64,000 nt of DNA from Lachnospiraceae bacterium (GCA_045631045.1 JAZQUB010000011.1:1214-65213); one strand, 5' to 3'; shown: positions 36,411-47,115, counted from the stretch's first letter. Program-made: numbers and translations. The notes: generated from the letters alone by a model not told the origin.

Positions 36411-37703
36411 TTAATTATGATTTTCTAATACAATATTCAGCACACTTTCTTTGTATGTACCCTGACTCTGACGCATAATCACCATCTCTACAACCTCACC
36501 TACGTCCATATGCTGTAAGTGATAAGACAGAGAAGTCATGGAAGAAATATCTTTATCTCCAACTTTTATAATAATATCGCCTGCCTGAATACCGGCCTTC
36601 ATTGCAGGAGAGTCCAGCTTCACTCCCAAGATATATGCTCCGTATGGAATACCATACTCCTCATGAACCTGTTCTGTTATCTCTGTGCCTTTTACACCAA
36701 ACACAGGAGCTGCTTCCCCATTAGACATGCGCTCTACCTTTCGCTTCAATTCACTAATACCCAAAGCGGTAATTATATTGGAGGCTTCTGCCGAATGGTA
36801 ATCCTGATACAGTACACCCAATAACTGTCCTTGCCAATTTATCAAGAACCCGTTTGGATTTATCACCCCATACATATCGGTTGTAATCAGTCTGTAATTC
36901 ACATCCCAACTATTAACCTCCACACCATTTGACGTAATAAATCCGTATGTAGCACTTCCATTCACACCGTTTGGACTGCCTACTGCCATAACAGGACTTC
37001 CAACCAGAGCTTTATTATTGGAGGATGTCATTTCTACCACCTTGCATTGTTCCAATGTTTCTTCACTAAGAAGCTCCTTTGGAACCGCTACCACTGCTAG
37101 TCCGGCATCTGCATCTTCCCCTTTCACATACCCATCTTCAACCGTACTGTCCACAAACGTCACCTTTATTTTGTCTGCATTCAAAAGACCGTCTCGTTCA
37201 GCCAAAACTAATATCTCTGTGCCATTATCTGCAATGATTGCTCCCATTGCCGAATTAGAGCTAGTATTGATACTCTCCAGCCAACTCACAGAACTGGAAA
37301 ACCCATCCACCTGGACAAGCCATCGTTTACAATATTCGGCTTTTTGCTTTAAAAGGTAAATCATCTCCAAAAGCAGAGTTTCCGTATCCGGTTCTTCAAT
37401 TACGATACTTGGCTCCGGCTCCTCATCTACCAAAAGCATATCCTCAGGCTGCACCTCTTCACTGGTGTAAGGTGTACTCTCCTCCGAAAATTTCACCTCG
37501 TTAGTCGGTGTCGGTGTCGGAAAAAGCTTCTCCTCTAAAACAGGTGAAACGATAACCATTGTCACACAAGCAACCAGTCCAAACAACACTGCTAAAAAAG
37601 CTACTTCAAACGCTCTTCGTACCATACGCTTGCGGTTGCGAGGTCTTGTTTTTATTCGTTCTTCCAAAAAGTCACTGGTATTCACAGGGGTTCTCTTATC
37701 CAT
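36411..37703 (-). CDS. HtrA-like trypsin-fold + PDZ membrane protein, catalytic His and Ser absent
   Basis: N-terminal TM; trypsin-like core; C-terminal PDZ (GAYILGVKLDSPAMKAGIQAGDIIIKVGD). The expected TNxHV reads LAERDGLL, and the expected GNSGGPL reads NPNGFLIN. Confidence 0.7.
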   Translation of the reverse strand: MDKRTPVNTSDFLEERIKTRPRNRKRMVRRAFEVAFLAVLFGLVACVTMVIVSPVLEEKLFPTPTPTNEVKFSEESTPYTSEEVQPEDMLLVDEEPEPSIVIEEPDTETLLLEMIYLLKQKAEYCKRWLVQVDGFSSSVSWLESINTSSNSAMGAIIADNGTEILVLAERDGLLNADKIKVTFVDSTVEDGYVKGEDADAGLAVVAVPKELLSEETLEQCKVVEMTSSNNKALVGSPVMAVGSPNGVNGSATYGFITSNGVEVNSWDVNYRLITTDMYGVINPNGFLINWQGQLLGVLYQDYHSAEASNIITALGISELKRKVERMSNGEAAPVFGVKGTEITEQVHEEYGIPYGAYILGVKLDSPAMKAGIQAGDIIIKVGDKDISSMTSLSYHLQHMDVGEVVEMVIMRQSQGTYKESVLNIVLENHN

Positions 37704-37842
37704 ATCAGCCCTCCATAAGCAAAAAATATGTATACTTTAAATAAGTATACAAGATTTTGCACCTCATAGCAAGATTTTCTAGCCCTTTACTGATTTTGGT
37801 GTTATACTAAAATATATATGACTTACTGATTTGGGAGCAACC

Positions 37843-40218
37843 ATGAACAAAAAAGGTTTACAAATTTTAGAATATTACAAAATTATATCTATGCTAGTAG
37901 AAAAAGCATCCTCTGAGCCGGGCAAGTCTCTTTGCGAAAAACTTTATCCTTCCACCATTTTAGAAGAAATCGAAGAGGCACAGCAGGAAACTCAGGATGC
38001 CTTATCCCGTCTGTTTACTAAGGGAAATATTTCTTTTGGCGGCAATAAAGATTTGGGATTTGCTATTAAAAGTCTGGAAATCGGAAGTACTCTGTCCATT
38101 TCCGAACTGTTAAAGATTGCAAATATGTTAGAAAATGTGGCACGTGTGAAAAACTACGGCAGGCCGGAGAAGGACGATGAATCGCCTGACTCCCTTACTC
38201 CGTACTTTGAGATTTTGCAGCCACTGACACCGCTTTCTGCAGAAATCCGCAGATGCATTCTTTCCGAAGAAGAGATTGCAGATGATGCTTCTCCAACCTT
38301 AAAGCATATTCGCAGGCAGATGATTATTGCAGGAGAGCGCATACACACCCAATTAAACAGTATGTTAAACGGTTCCATGCGCAGCATGCTTCAGGACGCA
38401 GTCATTACCATGCGTAATAACCGTTACTGTCTGCCGATTAAGGCTGAGTACAAGAGCCACGTTTCCGGTATGGTACACGACCAGTCTTCTTCTGGTTCTA
38501 CCTTTTTTATTGAGCCGGCTGCAATTGTAAATTTAAACAATCAACTACGAGAGCTGGAGATAGAAGAGCAGGAAGAAATTCAAGTAATTTTATCCTCGCT
38601 GAGTGCTCAGGCCAGTGAACATACCGTGGCGCTTATGGACAATCAGCGTACCATGACCCGGTTAGACTTTGTATTTGCCAAAGCCAAGCTTGCCATGGAC
38701 ATGAACGCCACCAGACCGCTTTTTAATAAGGACCACTACATCCGTATCCGGGGTGGCCGTCATCCTCTTTTAGACAAGAAAAAAGTAGTGCCTATTGATA
38801 TTCATTTGGGCAAGGACTTTGACTTACTGATTGTAACCGGTCCAAATACCGGCGGTAAAACCGTTTCCCTAAAGACCGTGGGGCTTTTTACCCTGATGGG
38901 ACAAGCGGGTCTTCACATTCCCGCTTTAGACCGTTCCGAGCTTGGTCTTTTCACCAAGGTTTACGCGGATATCGGTGATGAACAGAGTATTGAGCAAAGT
39001 CTTAGTACCTTCTCCTCTCATATGGTCAATATTGTTACCATTTTAAAATATGCAGATGCAGACAGTCTGTGTTTATTTGACGAGTTAGGTGCCGGAACAG
39101 ACCCTACAGAGGGTGCTGCTCTTGCCATTGCAATTTTAAACCACCTTCACGACAGAGGTATCCGCACTATGGCAACCACCCACTACAGTGAATTGAAGCT
39201 TTATGCCCTATCTACACCATTTGTAGAAAATGCCTGCTGTGAATTTGACGTAGCCAGTCTCCGCCCCACCTATCGTCTGTTAATCGGTATTCCGGGCAAG
39301 AGTAATGCCTTTGCCATTTCACAGAAGCTGGGACTTTCCAAGGATATTATTGAAGCTGCCAAAGAGCAAATCAGTGCAGAAAAAGAATCCTTTGAGGATG
39401 TTATTTCTAATTTAGAGCACAGCCGCCTGGCTATTGAAAAAGAACAAAAAGAAATTGAAGCTTATAAGAAAGAAATCAAGGCGTTAAAGGAACAGTTGGC
39501 GACCAAAAAAGACCGTCTGGATGACTCCCGCGACAAAATTTTACGAGAAGCCAACGAGCAGGCTCGTGCAATCTTGCAGGAAGCCAAAGAAGTGGCCGAT
39601 GAAACCATACGCTCCATGACCAAAGCAGGTCTTAATACCGTAAGTGATTTAGAACGTCAGCGCCAAAAGGTACGTGATCAGATAAATAAGAAAAACGAAA
39701 AGCTTGCCATGAAGAATGCTACACAAGCTCCAAAGAAAGTTTTAACCGAAAAAGACATTCGTATCGGTGACACCATTAAAGTAATCAGTTCCGGCTTTAC
39801 CGGTACCATCAGTTCCCTTCCGGACAAAAAAGGCAATATTTTCGTACAATGCGGCATTATTCGTTCCCAGGTCAACATTAAGGACCTGCAGTTAATCCAG
39901 GAAGAACCGGAGAAAAAACCGGTGTTACAACGTACCAACACAGGAAACATTAAAATGTCCAAATCCTTTGGTATTTCACCGGAAATCAATTTATTGGGAA
40001 GCACCGTTGATGAGGCACTTGCAAAGTTGGACAAATATTTGGATGACGCATATCTGGCACACTTAGGAAACGTCCGAATCGTCCATGGTAAAGGTACCGG
40101 TGCGCTCCGTACCGCAGTCCACCAATATCTGAAGCGTGCTTCTTACGTAAAAAGCTTCCGCTTAGGCGAACATGGCGAAGGCGATGCCGGTGTTACTATC
40201 GCAGAATTCAAGCAATAG
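37843..40218 (+). CDS. mutS2: Endonuclease MutS2 (MutS-II ATPase + Smr domain)
   Basis: Walker A GPNTGGKTV, DELGAGTDP, C-terminal Smr (RIVHGKGTGALR). ATG 37843 with a GGGAG RBS. Confidence 0.9.
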   Translation: MNKKGLQILEYYKIISMLVEKASSEPGKSLCEKLYPSTILEEIEEAQQETQDALSRLFTKGNISFGGNKDLGFAIKSLEIGSTLSISELLKIANMLENVARVKNYGRPEKDDESPDSLTPYFEILQPLTPLSAEIRRCILSEEEIADDASPTLKHIRRQMIIAGERIHTQLNSMLNGSMRSMLQDAVITMRNNRYCLPIKAEYKSHVSGMVHDQSSSGSTFFIEPAAIVNLNNQLRELEIEEQEEIQVILSSLSAQASEHTVALMDNQRTMTRLDFVFAKAKLAMDMNATRPLFNKDHYIRIRGGRHPLLDKKKVVPIDIHLGKDFDLLIVTGPNTGGKTVSLKTVGLFTLMGQAGLHIPALDRSELGLFTKVYADIGDEQSIEQSLSTFSSHMVNIVTILKYADADSLCLFDELGAGTDPTEGAALAIAILNHLHDRGIRTMATTHYSELKLYALSTPFVENACCEFDVASLRPTYRLLIGIPGKSNAFAISQKLGLSKDIIEAAKEQISAEKESFEDVISNLEHSRLAIEKEQKEIEAYKKEIKALKEQLATKKDRLDDSRDKILREANEQARAILQEAKEVADETIRSMTKAGLNTVSDLERQRQKVRDQINKKNEKLAMKNATQAPKKVLTEKDIRIGDTIKVISSGFTGTISSLPDKKGNIFVQCGIIRSQVNIKDLQLIQEEPEKKPVLQRTNTGNIKMSKSFGISPEINLLGSTVDEALAKLDKYLDDAYLAHLGNVRIVHGKGTGALRTAVHQYLKRASYVKSFRLGEHGEGDAGVTIAEFKQ

Positions 40219-40227
40219 GAGGTTATT

Positions 40228-40926
40228 ATGGTAAACAAACAAAAAATCTTAATTGTAGATGACGATGAAAATATTGCTGAGCTTATCAGCCTTTATTTGA
40301 CCAAAGAATGTTTTGACACCAAAATTGTACATGACGGAGAAAGTGCTTTAGAAGCACACAAAAGCTTCCAGCCGGATTTAATTTTATTGGATATTATGCT
40401 TCCACGTATGGATGGATATCAAGTATGCCGTGAGCTTCGTACCTATTCCGGCACCCCGGTTATCATGCTTTCTGCAAAAGGTGAAGTATTTGATAAGGTG
40501 CTCGGCTTGGAGCTGGGTGCCGATGATTATATGGAAAAACCATTTGACTCTAAGGAACTGGTAGCCCGTGCCAAAGCTATTTTACGTCGTGTAAAGCCAA
40601 CGTCTCCGGCTGCTCCTGCCAAAAATGTCAAGAGCGTTTCCTATCCGGACTTGGAAATCAGCCTTACCAACTACTCTGTTACCTACATAGGGCAGCGCAT
40701 TGATATGCCGCCAAAGGAACTGGAATTGTTATATTTCATGGCATCCTCTCCAAATCACGTATTTACCCGCGAGCAGTTATTAGACCAGATTTGGGGCTAC
40801 GAATACATCGGCGATACTCGTACTGTGGATGTACATATCAAGCGTCTTAGAGAAAAAATCAAAGACCATGATGCATGGCGCATTGCCACCATCTGGGGCA
40901 TCGGTTATAAATTTGAGGTTAAGTAA
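40228..40926 (+). CDS. OmpR-family response regulator
   Basis: Receiver (ILIVDDDE...DLILLDIMLP) plus winged-helix output (VDVHIKRLREK...GIGYKF). AGGAGG RBS 10 nt after the mutS2 stop. Confidence 0.9.
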   Translation: MVNKQKILIVDDDENIAELISLYLTKECFDTKIVHDGESALEAHKSFQPDLILLDIMLPRMDGYQVCRELRTYSGTPVIMLSAKGEVFDKVLGLELGADDYMEKPFDSKELVARAKAILRRVKPTSPAAPAKNVKSVSYPDLEISLTNYSVTYIGQRIDMPPKELELLYFMASSPNHVFTREQLLDQIWGYEYIGDTRTVDVHIKRLREKIKDHDAWRIATIWGIGYKFEVK

Positions 40927-42350
40927 TGAGACGAACGATTTACCTAAAATTCTTACTGGGCTATGCAATTTTCGGAATTTTTTCTTATGTCCTGATTGCC
41001 ACTTACGTGCCGGACATGCTGACCCGCTATTTTGTCAGCGAGGAAAGCTCTTCTCTTTATCAGGAGGCAGTTTTAATTGCAGACACCTATGCGTCCAAGC
41101 TTTACACCGGCGAAATTTCTCTGGAAACGGTAAAGGAGCAATTAAATGCTCTGACGGTTTTTCTGGATGCTGATATTTGGATTTTAAATCCCAGCGGACG
41201 TATGGTTTTAGACTCTGCACATCCGGTAGATGTGGAAGAAATACAGATTGTGGAAGGCTTTGACCCTGCCGGTGTTGCCGGTAATTACTACGTCATTGGC
41301 AATTTCTTTGACTACTTTGACACAACCAAGCTTTCTGTCATGGCACCCATTATATCCAATTATCAAATCAATGGTTATGTAGTAATTCATTCAGACTATA
41401 CCTCTATTTTGGACAGCTGTTATAGCCTGCAGGGTGCGATTTACCTTTGTTTTGGCATTTTATTTCTTCTGTCTTTGATTATTTTAATTTTCTTTACCGG
41501 ATTTGTATATATTCCGCTTCGCAAGATTACCAAGGCAACAGAGCAATATGCGACCGGTAATTATCATTATGAGTTGCAACCGGACAGCAGCGATGAAATT
41601 GGTTATTTAGCAAGCATTTTATCCTACATGGCAAGTGAAATTGCACGTTCTGAAGATGACCAAAAAAAATTCGTAGCAAATGTAAGCCATGACTTCCGCT
41701 CCCCGTTAACTTCAATACGCGGTTACCTGGAGGCTATGTTAGACGGTACCATTCCATCGGAGCTTCATGAAAAATACCTACGCATTGTATTAAACGAAAC
41801 CGAACGACTGACCAAGCTTACTAACGGCTTGCTCCAGCTTAATAATTTAAATACCAAAGGCTTGCTTTTGGAAAAAACACACTTTGATATTAACCAAGTT
41901 ATTCGTGATACCGCGGCTTCCTTTGAGGGCACCTGCCAAAAGAAAAATATTAAACTACAACTATTTTTAACCGATGAGCAGATGTATGTTCACGCTGATA
42001 TGGGCAAAATCCAACAGGTTTTGTATAACCTTTTAGACAATGCCATTAAATTCAGCCACACAGATTCCAGCATCAAAATCGAGACCACCGAAAAGAAAAA
42101 CAAGCTTCATATTTCCGTTAAAGACTATGGTATTGGTATTCCAAAGGACGAAATAAAGCTTGTTTGGGACCGTTTTTATAAGTCCGACACCTCCCGCGGA
42201 AAGGACAAAAAAGGCACGGGCTTGGGCCTCGCCATCACCAAAGAAATTATCCAGTCCCATGGGGAAAATATTAATGTTATCAGTACCCAGGATGCAGGCA
42301 GTGAATTTATATTTACTTTGCCGATTTCAGAAGAGATGGAAGATATGTAA
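40926..42350 (+). CDS. Sensor histidine kinase (2 TM, HAMP, HisKA, HATPase_c)
   Basis: H-box FVANVSHDFRSPLTSI, N-box LLDNAIKFS, G-boxes DYGIGI and GTGLGLAI. Start overlaps the RR stop. Confidence 0.9.
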   Translation: MRRTIYLKFLLGYAIFGIFSYVLIATYVPDMLTRYFVSEESSSLYQEAVLIADTYASKLYTGEISLETVKEQLNALTVFLDADIWILNPSGRMVLDSAHPVDVEEIQIVEGFDPAGVAGNYYVIGNFFDYFDTTKLSVMAPIISNYQINGYVVIHSDYTSILDSCYSLQGAIYLCFGILFLLSLIILIFFTGFVYIPLRKITKATEQYATGNYHYELQPDSSDEIGYLASILSYMASEIARSEDDQKKFVANVSHDFRSPLTSIRGYLEAMLDGTIPSELHEKYLRIVLNETERLTKLTNGLLQLNNLNTKGLLLEKTHFDINQVIRDTAASFEGTCQKKNIKLQLFLTDEQMYVHADMGKIQQVLYNLLDNAIKFSHTDSSIKIETTEKKNKLHISVKDYGIGIPKDEIKLVWDRFYKSDTSRGKDKKGTGLGLAITKEIIQSHGENINVISTQDAGSEFIFTLPISEEMEDM

Positions 42351-42368
42351 TATATAAAATAAATAAAA

Positions 42369-42414
42369 ATGGCATGACCTCAGTTTTCTTTCAAAAGGTC
42401 ATACCATTTTTTAT
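42369..42414. terminator. Bidirectional terminator between the HK gene and trmL
   Basis: ATGGCATGACC-loop-GGTCATACCAT, flanked by an A-run and a T-run. Confidence 0.75.
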
Positions 42415-42430
42415 TTATTTGTTTATCAAC

Positions 42431-42925
42431 TTATTCCTTCCACTGCAGTCTGTGAAGCTCGCCTTCTAACTGCATGGATTTAAAATTCTGTTGACGAAGT
42501 GCCTCGTACAGGCAAATCGCAACGGAATTAGATAAATTTAAGGAACGAATGTCCGGAAGCATCGGAATGCGAATACAGGTCCCCTCGTAGTCTACAAGAA
42601 TTTCTTCCGGTATACCGGCGCTTTCCTTGCCAAACATGATAAAATCGTTCTCTCCATAGGTTACATCACTGTATACATGTTTTGCCTTAGTGGTAGCCAT
42701 CCAGATTTTGGCTCCCGGATTTTTTTTTAAAAATTCTTCAAAATTCATGTAACGATATAACTGTACATGCTGCCAGTAATCCATGCCGGCGCGTTTTACC
42801 GCTTTATCATCCAACTTAAACCCAAGAGGCTCAATTAAATGAAGCTTAGTACCGGTAGCTACGCAGGTACGGCCGATATTAGCAGTATTTTGCGGAATTT
42901 CCGGCTGATGCAAAATTATATTCAT
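42431..42925 (-). CDS. trmL: tRNA (cytidine/uridine-34 2'-O)-methyltransferase, SPOUT family
   Basis: 164 aa. NIILHQPEIPQNTANIGRTC and SLNLSNSVAI motifs. Confidence 0.85.
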   Translation of the reverse strand: MNIILHQPEIPQNTANIGRTCVATGTKLHLIEPLGFKLDDKAVKRAGMDYWQHVQLYRYMNFEEFLKKNPGAKIWMATTKAKHVYSDVTYGENDFIMFGKESAGIPEEILVDYEGTCIRIPMLPDIRSLNLSNSVAICLYEALRQQNFKSMQLEGELHRLQWKE

Positions 42926-42926
42926 G

Positions 42927-44098
42927 CTATTTCATTTCCTCTCTCAGCTTTTCTACAAAACGCTTCATTCTGCTCATAGCCTCTTTTAAATTGTCCAAAG
43001 AGTACGCATAGGAAATACGAAGGAAGCCTTCGCCGGAGTCACCAAATGCGGTGCCCGGTACTACTGCAACCTTTTCAGCTTCTAAGAAACGAGTAGCAAA
43101 CTCGTCACTGGTAATACCAAATTCCTTAATGCAAGGAAATACATAAAAAGACCATAAGGCTCAAAACATTCCAGCCCCATTTCTTTAAATGCATGCATCA
43201 AAAATCTACGTCTCTGATTGTATGCAGTTCTCATTTCGGCAATGTCATCATCTCCGTCACGCAGTGCCTTAACTGCCGCATACTGGCTTGTAGTCGGAGC
43301 ACACATAATGGCAAACTGATGAATCTTCGTCATCTGCTCGATAATTTCCTGTGGTCCGCAAGCATAACCAAGTCTCCAGCCGGTCATAGCGTATGCCTTG
43401 GAAAAACCATTAATTAAAACAGTTCTCTCATACATGCCCGGAATCTCTACAATAGATACATGTTTTTCTTTGTATGTAAGTTCTGCATAAATCTCATCAG
43501 ACATAACAAAGAGGTCATGTTTGATAATCACCTCTGCAATTGCCTCTAAATCCTTGCGCTCCATAATAGCACCGGTAGGATTGTTTGGGAATGGTAAAAT
43601 CAGTACCTTCGTCTTGTCTGTAATATGTTCTTCTAACTCAGCTGCGGTCAAGCGAAATTCATTTTCTGCTTTTAAGTTAATAGCAACAGGCTTAGCACCT
43701 GCTAAAATCGCACACGGCTCATAAGAAACATAGCTTGGCTGTGGAATCAACACTTCATCGCCCGGGTCACACATAGCACGGATACCTATATCAATTGCTT
43801 CCGAACCCCCAACGGTAATAATTACCTGCTTGCGTGCATCATATTCTACGTTTTGTTTTCTCTTTAAATAATTACAGATTTCCTGTCTTAACTCCATAAG
43901 GCCACTGTTGGATGTATAAAATGTACGACCTTTTTCCAAAGAATCAATACCTTCTTTACGTACATGCCAAGGAGTATCAAAATCCGGTTCGCCTACACCC
44001 AGTGAAATTACATCATCCATTTCACTTACAATATCAAAAAACTTACGAATACCGGATGGTTTAATATTAATTACGGTTTTTGATAATGGATTTCTCAT
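42927..44098 (-). pseudogene. Class I/II PLP aminotransferase (AlaT-like), apparent 1-nt frameshift near the 3' end
   Basis: The ORF-track product ends in the aberrant ...CFEPYGLFMYFLALRNLVLPVTSLLLVS. Adding one base to the A5 run at 43145-43149 gives ...GLFYVFPCIKEFGITSDEFATRFLEAEKVAVVPGTAFGDSGEGFLRISYAYS...EEMK, stopping at 42927-42929. PLP Lys lies in NGFSKAYAMTGWR. Confidence 0.8.
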
Positions 44099-44577
44099 GA
44101 TGTAAACAACTCTCTTTCATCTTCTTGCTTGCGTGTTAATACCGTACCATGGTCTTTGTACTTTTTCAGTATAAAATGCGTAGCTGTACTAAGAACGGAA
44201 TCTAATGTAGCCAGCTTTTCGGACACAAACATAGAAATATCCTTTAAAGACTTTCCTTCTAAGGTCACTAATAAATCGTAGCCACCGGAAATCAAATATA
44301 CGGAATTTACTTCCGGATATTTATAAATACGCTCAGCAATATTGTCAAAGCCTTGACCTCTCTGTGGAGTAACGCGTACTTCAATCAAAGCAGACACCTT
44401 TTCTTTTGTAGTCTTTTCCCAATTAATCATGGTGTGATAACCGCAGATAATACCTTCTGCTTCCATCTTTGCAAGCTCATTTACAATATCCACTTCCTCT
44501 GCGCCAAGAATTACCGCCAGTTCCTTCGTATTAATGCGGCTGTTTTTCTCAATAATAGTTAATAATTCTTCTCTCAT
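44095..44577 (-). CDS. Lrp/AsnC family transcriptional regulator (AlaR-like context)
   Basis: 160 aa, HTH plus RAM/ACT-like domain. Overlaps the aminotransferase start by 4 nt. Confidence 0.85.
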   Translation of the reverse strand: MREELLTIIEKNSRINTKELAVILGAEEVDIVNELAKMEAEGIICGYHTMINWEKTTKEKVSALIEVRVTPQRGQGFDNIAERIYKYPEVNSVYLISGGYDLLVTLEGKSLKDISMFVSEKLATLDSVLSTATHFILKKYKDHGTVLTRKQEDERELFTS

Positions 44578-44586
44578 AATAAACCT

Positions 44587-45603
44587 CTACACTTTATCAA
44601 TTTCATCAGTTTTTGGTCTTTCCAAATATCTGGTTTCTTCGCCCTCTTCCGTATGGTTCACAAGCACACGGTCATTGTCATCCGTAAGTCTGCCAATTAC
44701 TGCTGCCGGGACTCCTGCTTCCACGAGCTTTTCTACCAAAGCTTCTCCGTCTTCGGTCACCATTAACAGTGCTCCTCCGGACAATAATTCATATGGATTC
44801 AATCCAAAAACTTCACATACTTCTATGGTTTCCTGTTTTACGGGTATTTTCTTTAAGTCAATTCGAATTCCTGTCTGAGCCGCCTCTGCCAGCTCCCACA
44901 ATGCCCTAAAGATTCCTCCTCCGGAAATATCATGCATCGCGCAAACCCCTGCATTCATGGCAACTCGCGCTTCCGGCAAAACAGACAAGTACATATTATA
45001 CCGGGATACCTCTGCCAGCATCCTTAATGGAAGTCTTTTTTCCAGCTCTTCCTTCTTAGCCGTTGCTATTCTGGCTGTACCCTGTAAACCTATCCATTTA
45101 CTTATTACCACATCCATTCCCGGCTTCATAGTCTTTACCTCGAAACCTCGGCATGTGCCAAGAGCTGTCACATTGGCAATAGTCTCTGTCACAAACGGAC
45201 TGACCGTTGTATGTCCGCCAAGTATGGTTATCTGATGGTCTGCTGCAAACTGCTCCGCCTCTTCCATCATATGTCTAAGCTCTGATTCATATGCCGCCTC
45301 CGGAAGAACCAGGGAAAGTTCCACACCAAAGGCTTCCGCTCCCCCACAAATCAGATTGTTGCAGGCATTTATCATCGCTTCCACCACAACCATACGGTGG
45401 CGGCCGATGGCGGCAGCCGTAGCAGAGCCCATACGGCTTGTTCCTCCCTCTGAAACGGCAAAAAGGGCGCAGTCAGCCCCTATTTTTGCTCCTTGAATAA
45501 GATGACATACTTTGTCAATGGATTTGCTATTCTGTTGTACATATTTGAGTACGGAACGTTTTAATACGCTCTCTGAAACCTTTCCAATGTTCATGTCATC
45601 CAC
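44587..45603 (-). CDS. AIR synthase-related (PurM/HypE/ThiL-fold) protein
   Basis: 338 aa. GADCALF..., GGHTTVS and MHDISGGGIF motifs of the PurM-like ATP-binding fold. Confidence 0.7.
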   Translation of the reverse strand: MDDMNIGKVSESVLKRSVLKYVQQNSKSIDKVCHLIQGAKIGADCALFAVSEGGTSRMGSATAAAIGRHRMVVVEAMINACNNLICGGAEAFGVELSLVLPEAAYESELRHMMEEAEQFAADHQITILGGHTTVSPFVTETIANVTALGTCRGFEVKTMKPGMDVVISKWIGLQGTARIATAKKEELEKRLPLRMLAEVSRYNMYLSVLPEARVAMNAGVCAMHDISGGGIFRALWELAEAAQTGIRIDLKKIPVKQETIEVCEVFGLNPYELLSGGALLMVTEDGEALVEKLVEAGVPAAVIGRLTDDNDRVLVNHTEEGEETRYLERPKTDEIDKV

Positions 45604-45620
45604 CTCAAACTTTAATCCTA

Positions 45621-47099
45621 TTATTCTGCAGAAGATGCTAAAAGAGCTGCAACCACATTTTGTACATGGTCAATGTTTCCTGTAGCAACTGCTGCATTCA
45701 TCTTTTCCAATATTGCCGGGTCTGTAGTATACATACCCACCGTAGCCATACGTGCCACTGCACGGTAATTACTGGTATTTACCAATTCACGGCTCTTCTC
45801 TACACCATCCACTTTAACTACTTTCCATAATTTTGCTTTATAGCCTGTATATGCACTGGAAACCTGCACTTCACCAACCGGAAGGGTGCCATCCGTACGA
45901 ATTACATCCGGACCCGGATTTATAACTTCTAAGGTCTCAGAAATATATTCCACCGTTCTGCCAGCCGGTCTAGTTTCCTTACCATACACATTTACTACTA
46001 ATTTATGGTCTTTTGTAATGTATGATTCAATATAAATAGGTACTTCCTGATTGTTCTTAAAACGAAAGTCCTTTCCGGAAGTTTCTGCTAAAGTAGCATC
46101 GGAAGAAATCGGCACATATCCTACAATCATAGAGTGATTGTAGCGCATGGTAATCTCCAGCTCTGCACGAAGCGCTGCATTATATAATGTAGAGGATACC
46201 TGACAAATACCTCCTCCAACATCATCCACTAGCTTGCCGCCACTGTAAGACTTACCCATGGCATATCCATTTGCCACCGTATATGGTGCAGCATACGCAT
46301 CAAAGGAAAAATCCTCATCCGGATACATAGTAATGCCATCAATCAACTTGGCACCATTTGAAATATTGATAACCTTTTCATCCGTAGAACCTGCAAAAGT
46401 ACTGGTAAAAGTACCAATTAAATCCTTAACCTGTGATAACTCTTCTACAGAACCCTTTGGCTCCACTACCGCAATGCTTAGCGGCAGGAACACTTCCATG
46501 CGGTCCCATTCTTTATTTAAATAGTCTGTAATATCCTGTGCAGAACACTCTACATCTATCTCATAACCAATGGCACCTTCCACAATCTCAAAGGCATTAT
46601 CTTTACGAGACAGTGTATAATTACGAACCTCCTGATTATATGGGGTAAACGTCTTCTCAATATAAGAAGCAATCGGTTCCTTGGAAAAACCAATCTCTAC
46701 CTCGTAATTCACAGGTTCTCTTTCTAACGCCTTACGGCTCTTATAACGGTCAACTACATGTCCCTGATTTCCAAGCGTCATCACTTCATCAACCACCTCG
46801 GTATTGATCCACTGACCGCCTAGTACCGCTCCGCTTGGCTGATGCTCTGCCACATCTTCAAACTGTATATGAAGCAGCGTATTGTCCTCAAGCAGCTTAT
46901 ATACATAATTTTCGATTGTCGTTCTGGCCTGTGTCTTAGTCATACCAGCCAGATCTATGCCCTCAACAAAAACGCCTTTTGCAACAACCGGCTCTGCTTT
47001 TGCACTTAAAATCAAAGCCTCTTTATGTGCCATAAAGGCGACACAAAGCATACTCACTGCCATCAAAAGCAATGATTTATAATATCTGATTTGATTCAT
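45621..47099 (-). CDS. VanW family protein (with PG-binding and G5-like regions)
   Basis: VanW core GGGICQVSSTLYNAALRAELEI. Start at MNQIRYYKSL (47099) with a GAGGAG RBS; signal/anchor LLLMAVSMLCVAFMA. Confidence 0.8.
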   Translation of the reverse strand: MNQIRYYKSLLLMAVSMLCVAFMAHKEALILSAKAEPVVAKGVFVEGIDLAGMTKTQARTTIENYVYKLLEDNTLLHIQFEDVAEHQPSGAVLGGQWINTEVVDEVMTLGNQGHVVDRYKSRKALEREPVNYEVEIGFSKEPIASYIEKTFTPYNQEVRNYTLSRKDNAFEIVEGAIGYEIDVECSAQDITDYLNKEWDRMEVFLPLSIAVVEPKGSVEELSQVKDLIGTFTSTFAGSTDEKVINISNGAKLIDGITMYPDEDFSFDAYAAPYTVANGYAMGKSYSGGKLVDDVGGGICQVSSTLYNAALRAELEITMRYNHSMIVGYVPISSDATLAETSGKDFRFKNNQEVPIYIESYITKDHKLVVNVYGKETRPAGRTVEYISETLEVINPGPDVIRTDGTLPVGEVQVSSAYTGYKAKLWKVVKVDGVEKSRELVNTSNYRAVARMATVGMYTTDPAILEKMNAAVATGNIDHVQNVVAALLASSAE

Positions 47100-47115
47100 A
47101 TTCTCCTCAACACTT

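Noticed and set aside
37843-42350. mutS2 followed at 10 nt by an OmpR/HK two-component pair, considered as a possible functional unit.
   Set aside because: This is probably simple operonic read-through. All three proteins have standard architecture, and there is no sequence feature linking them.
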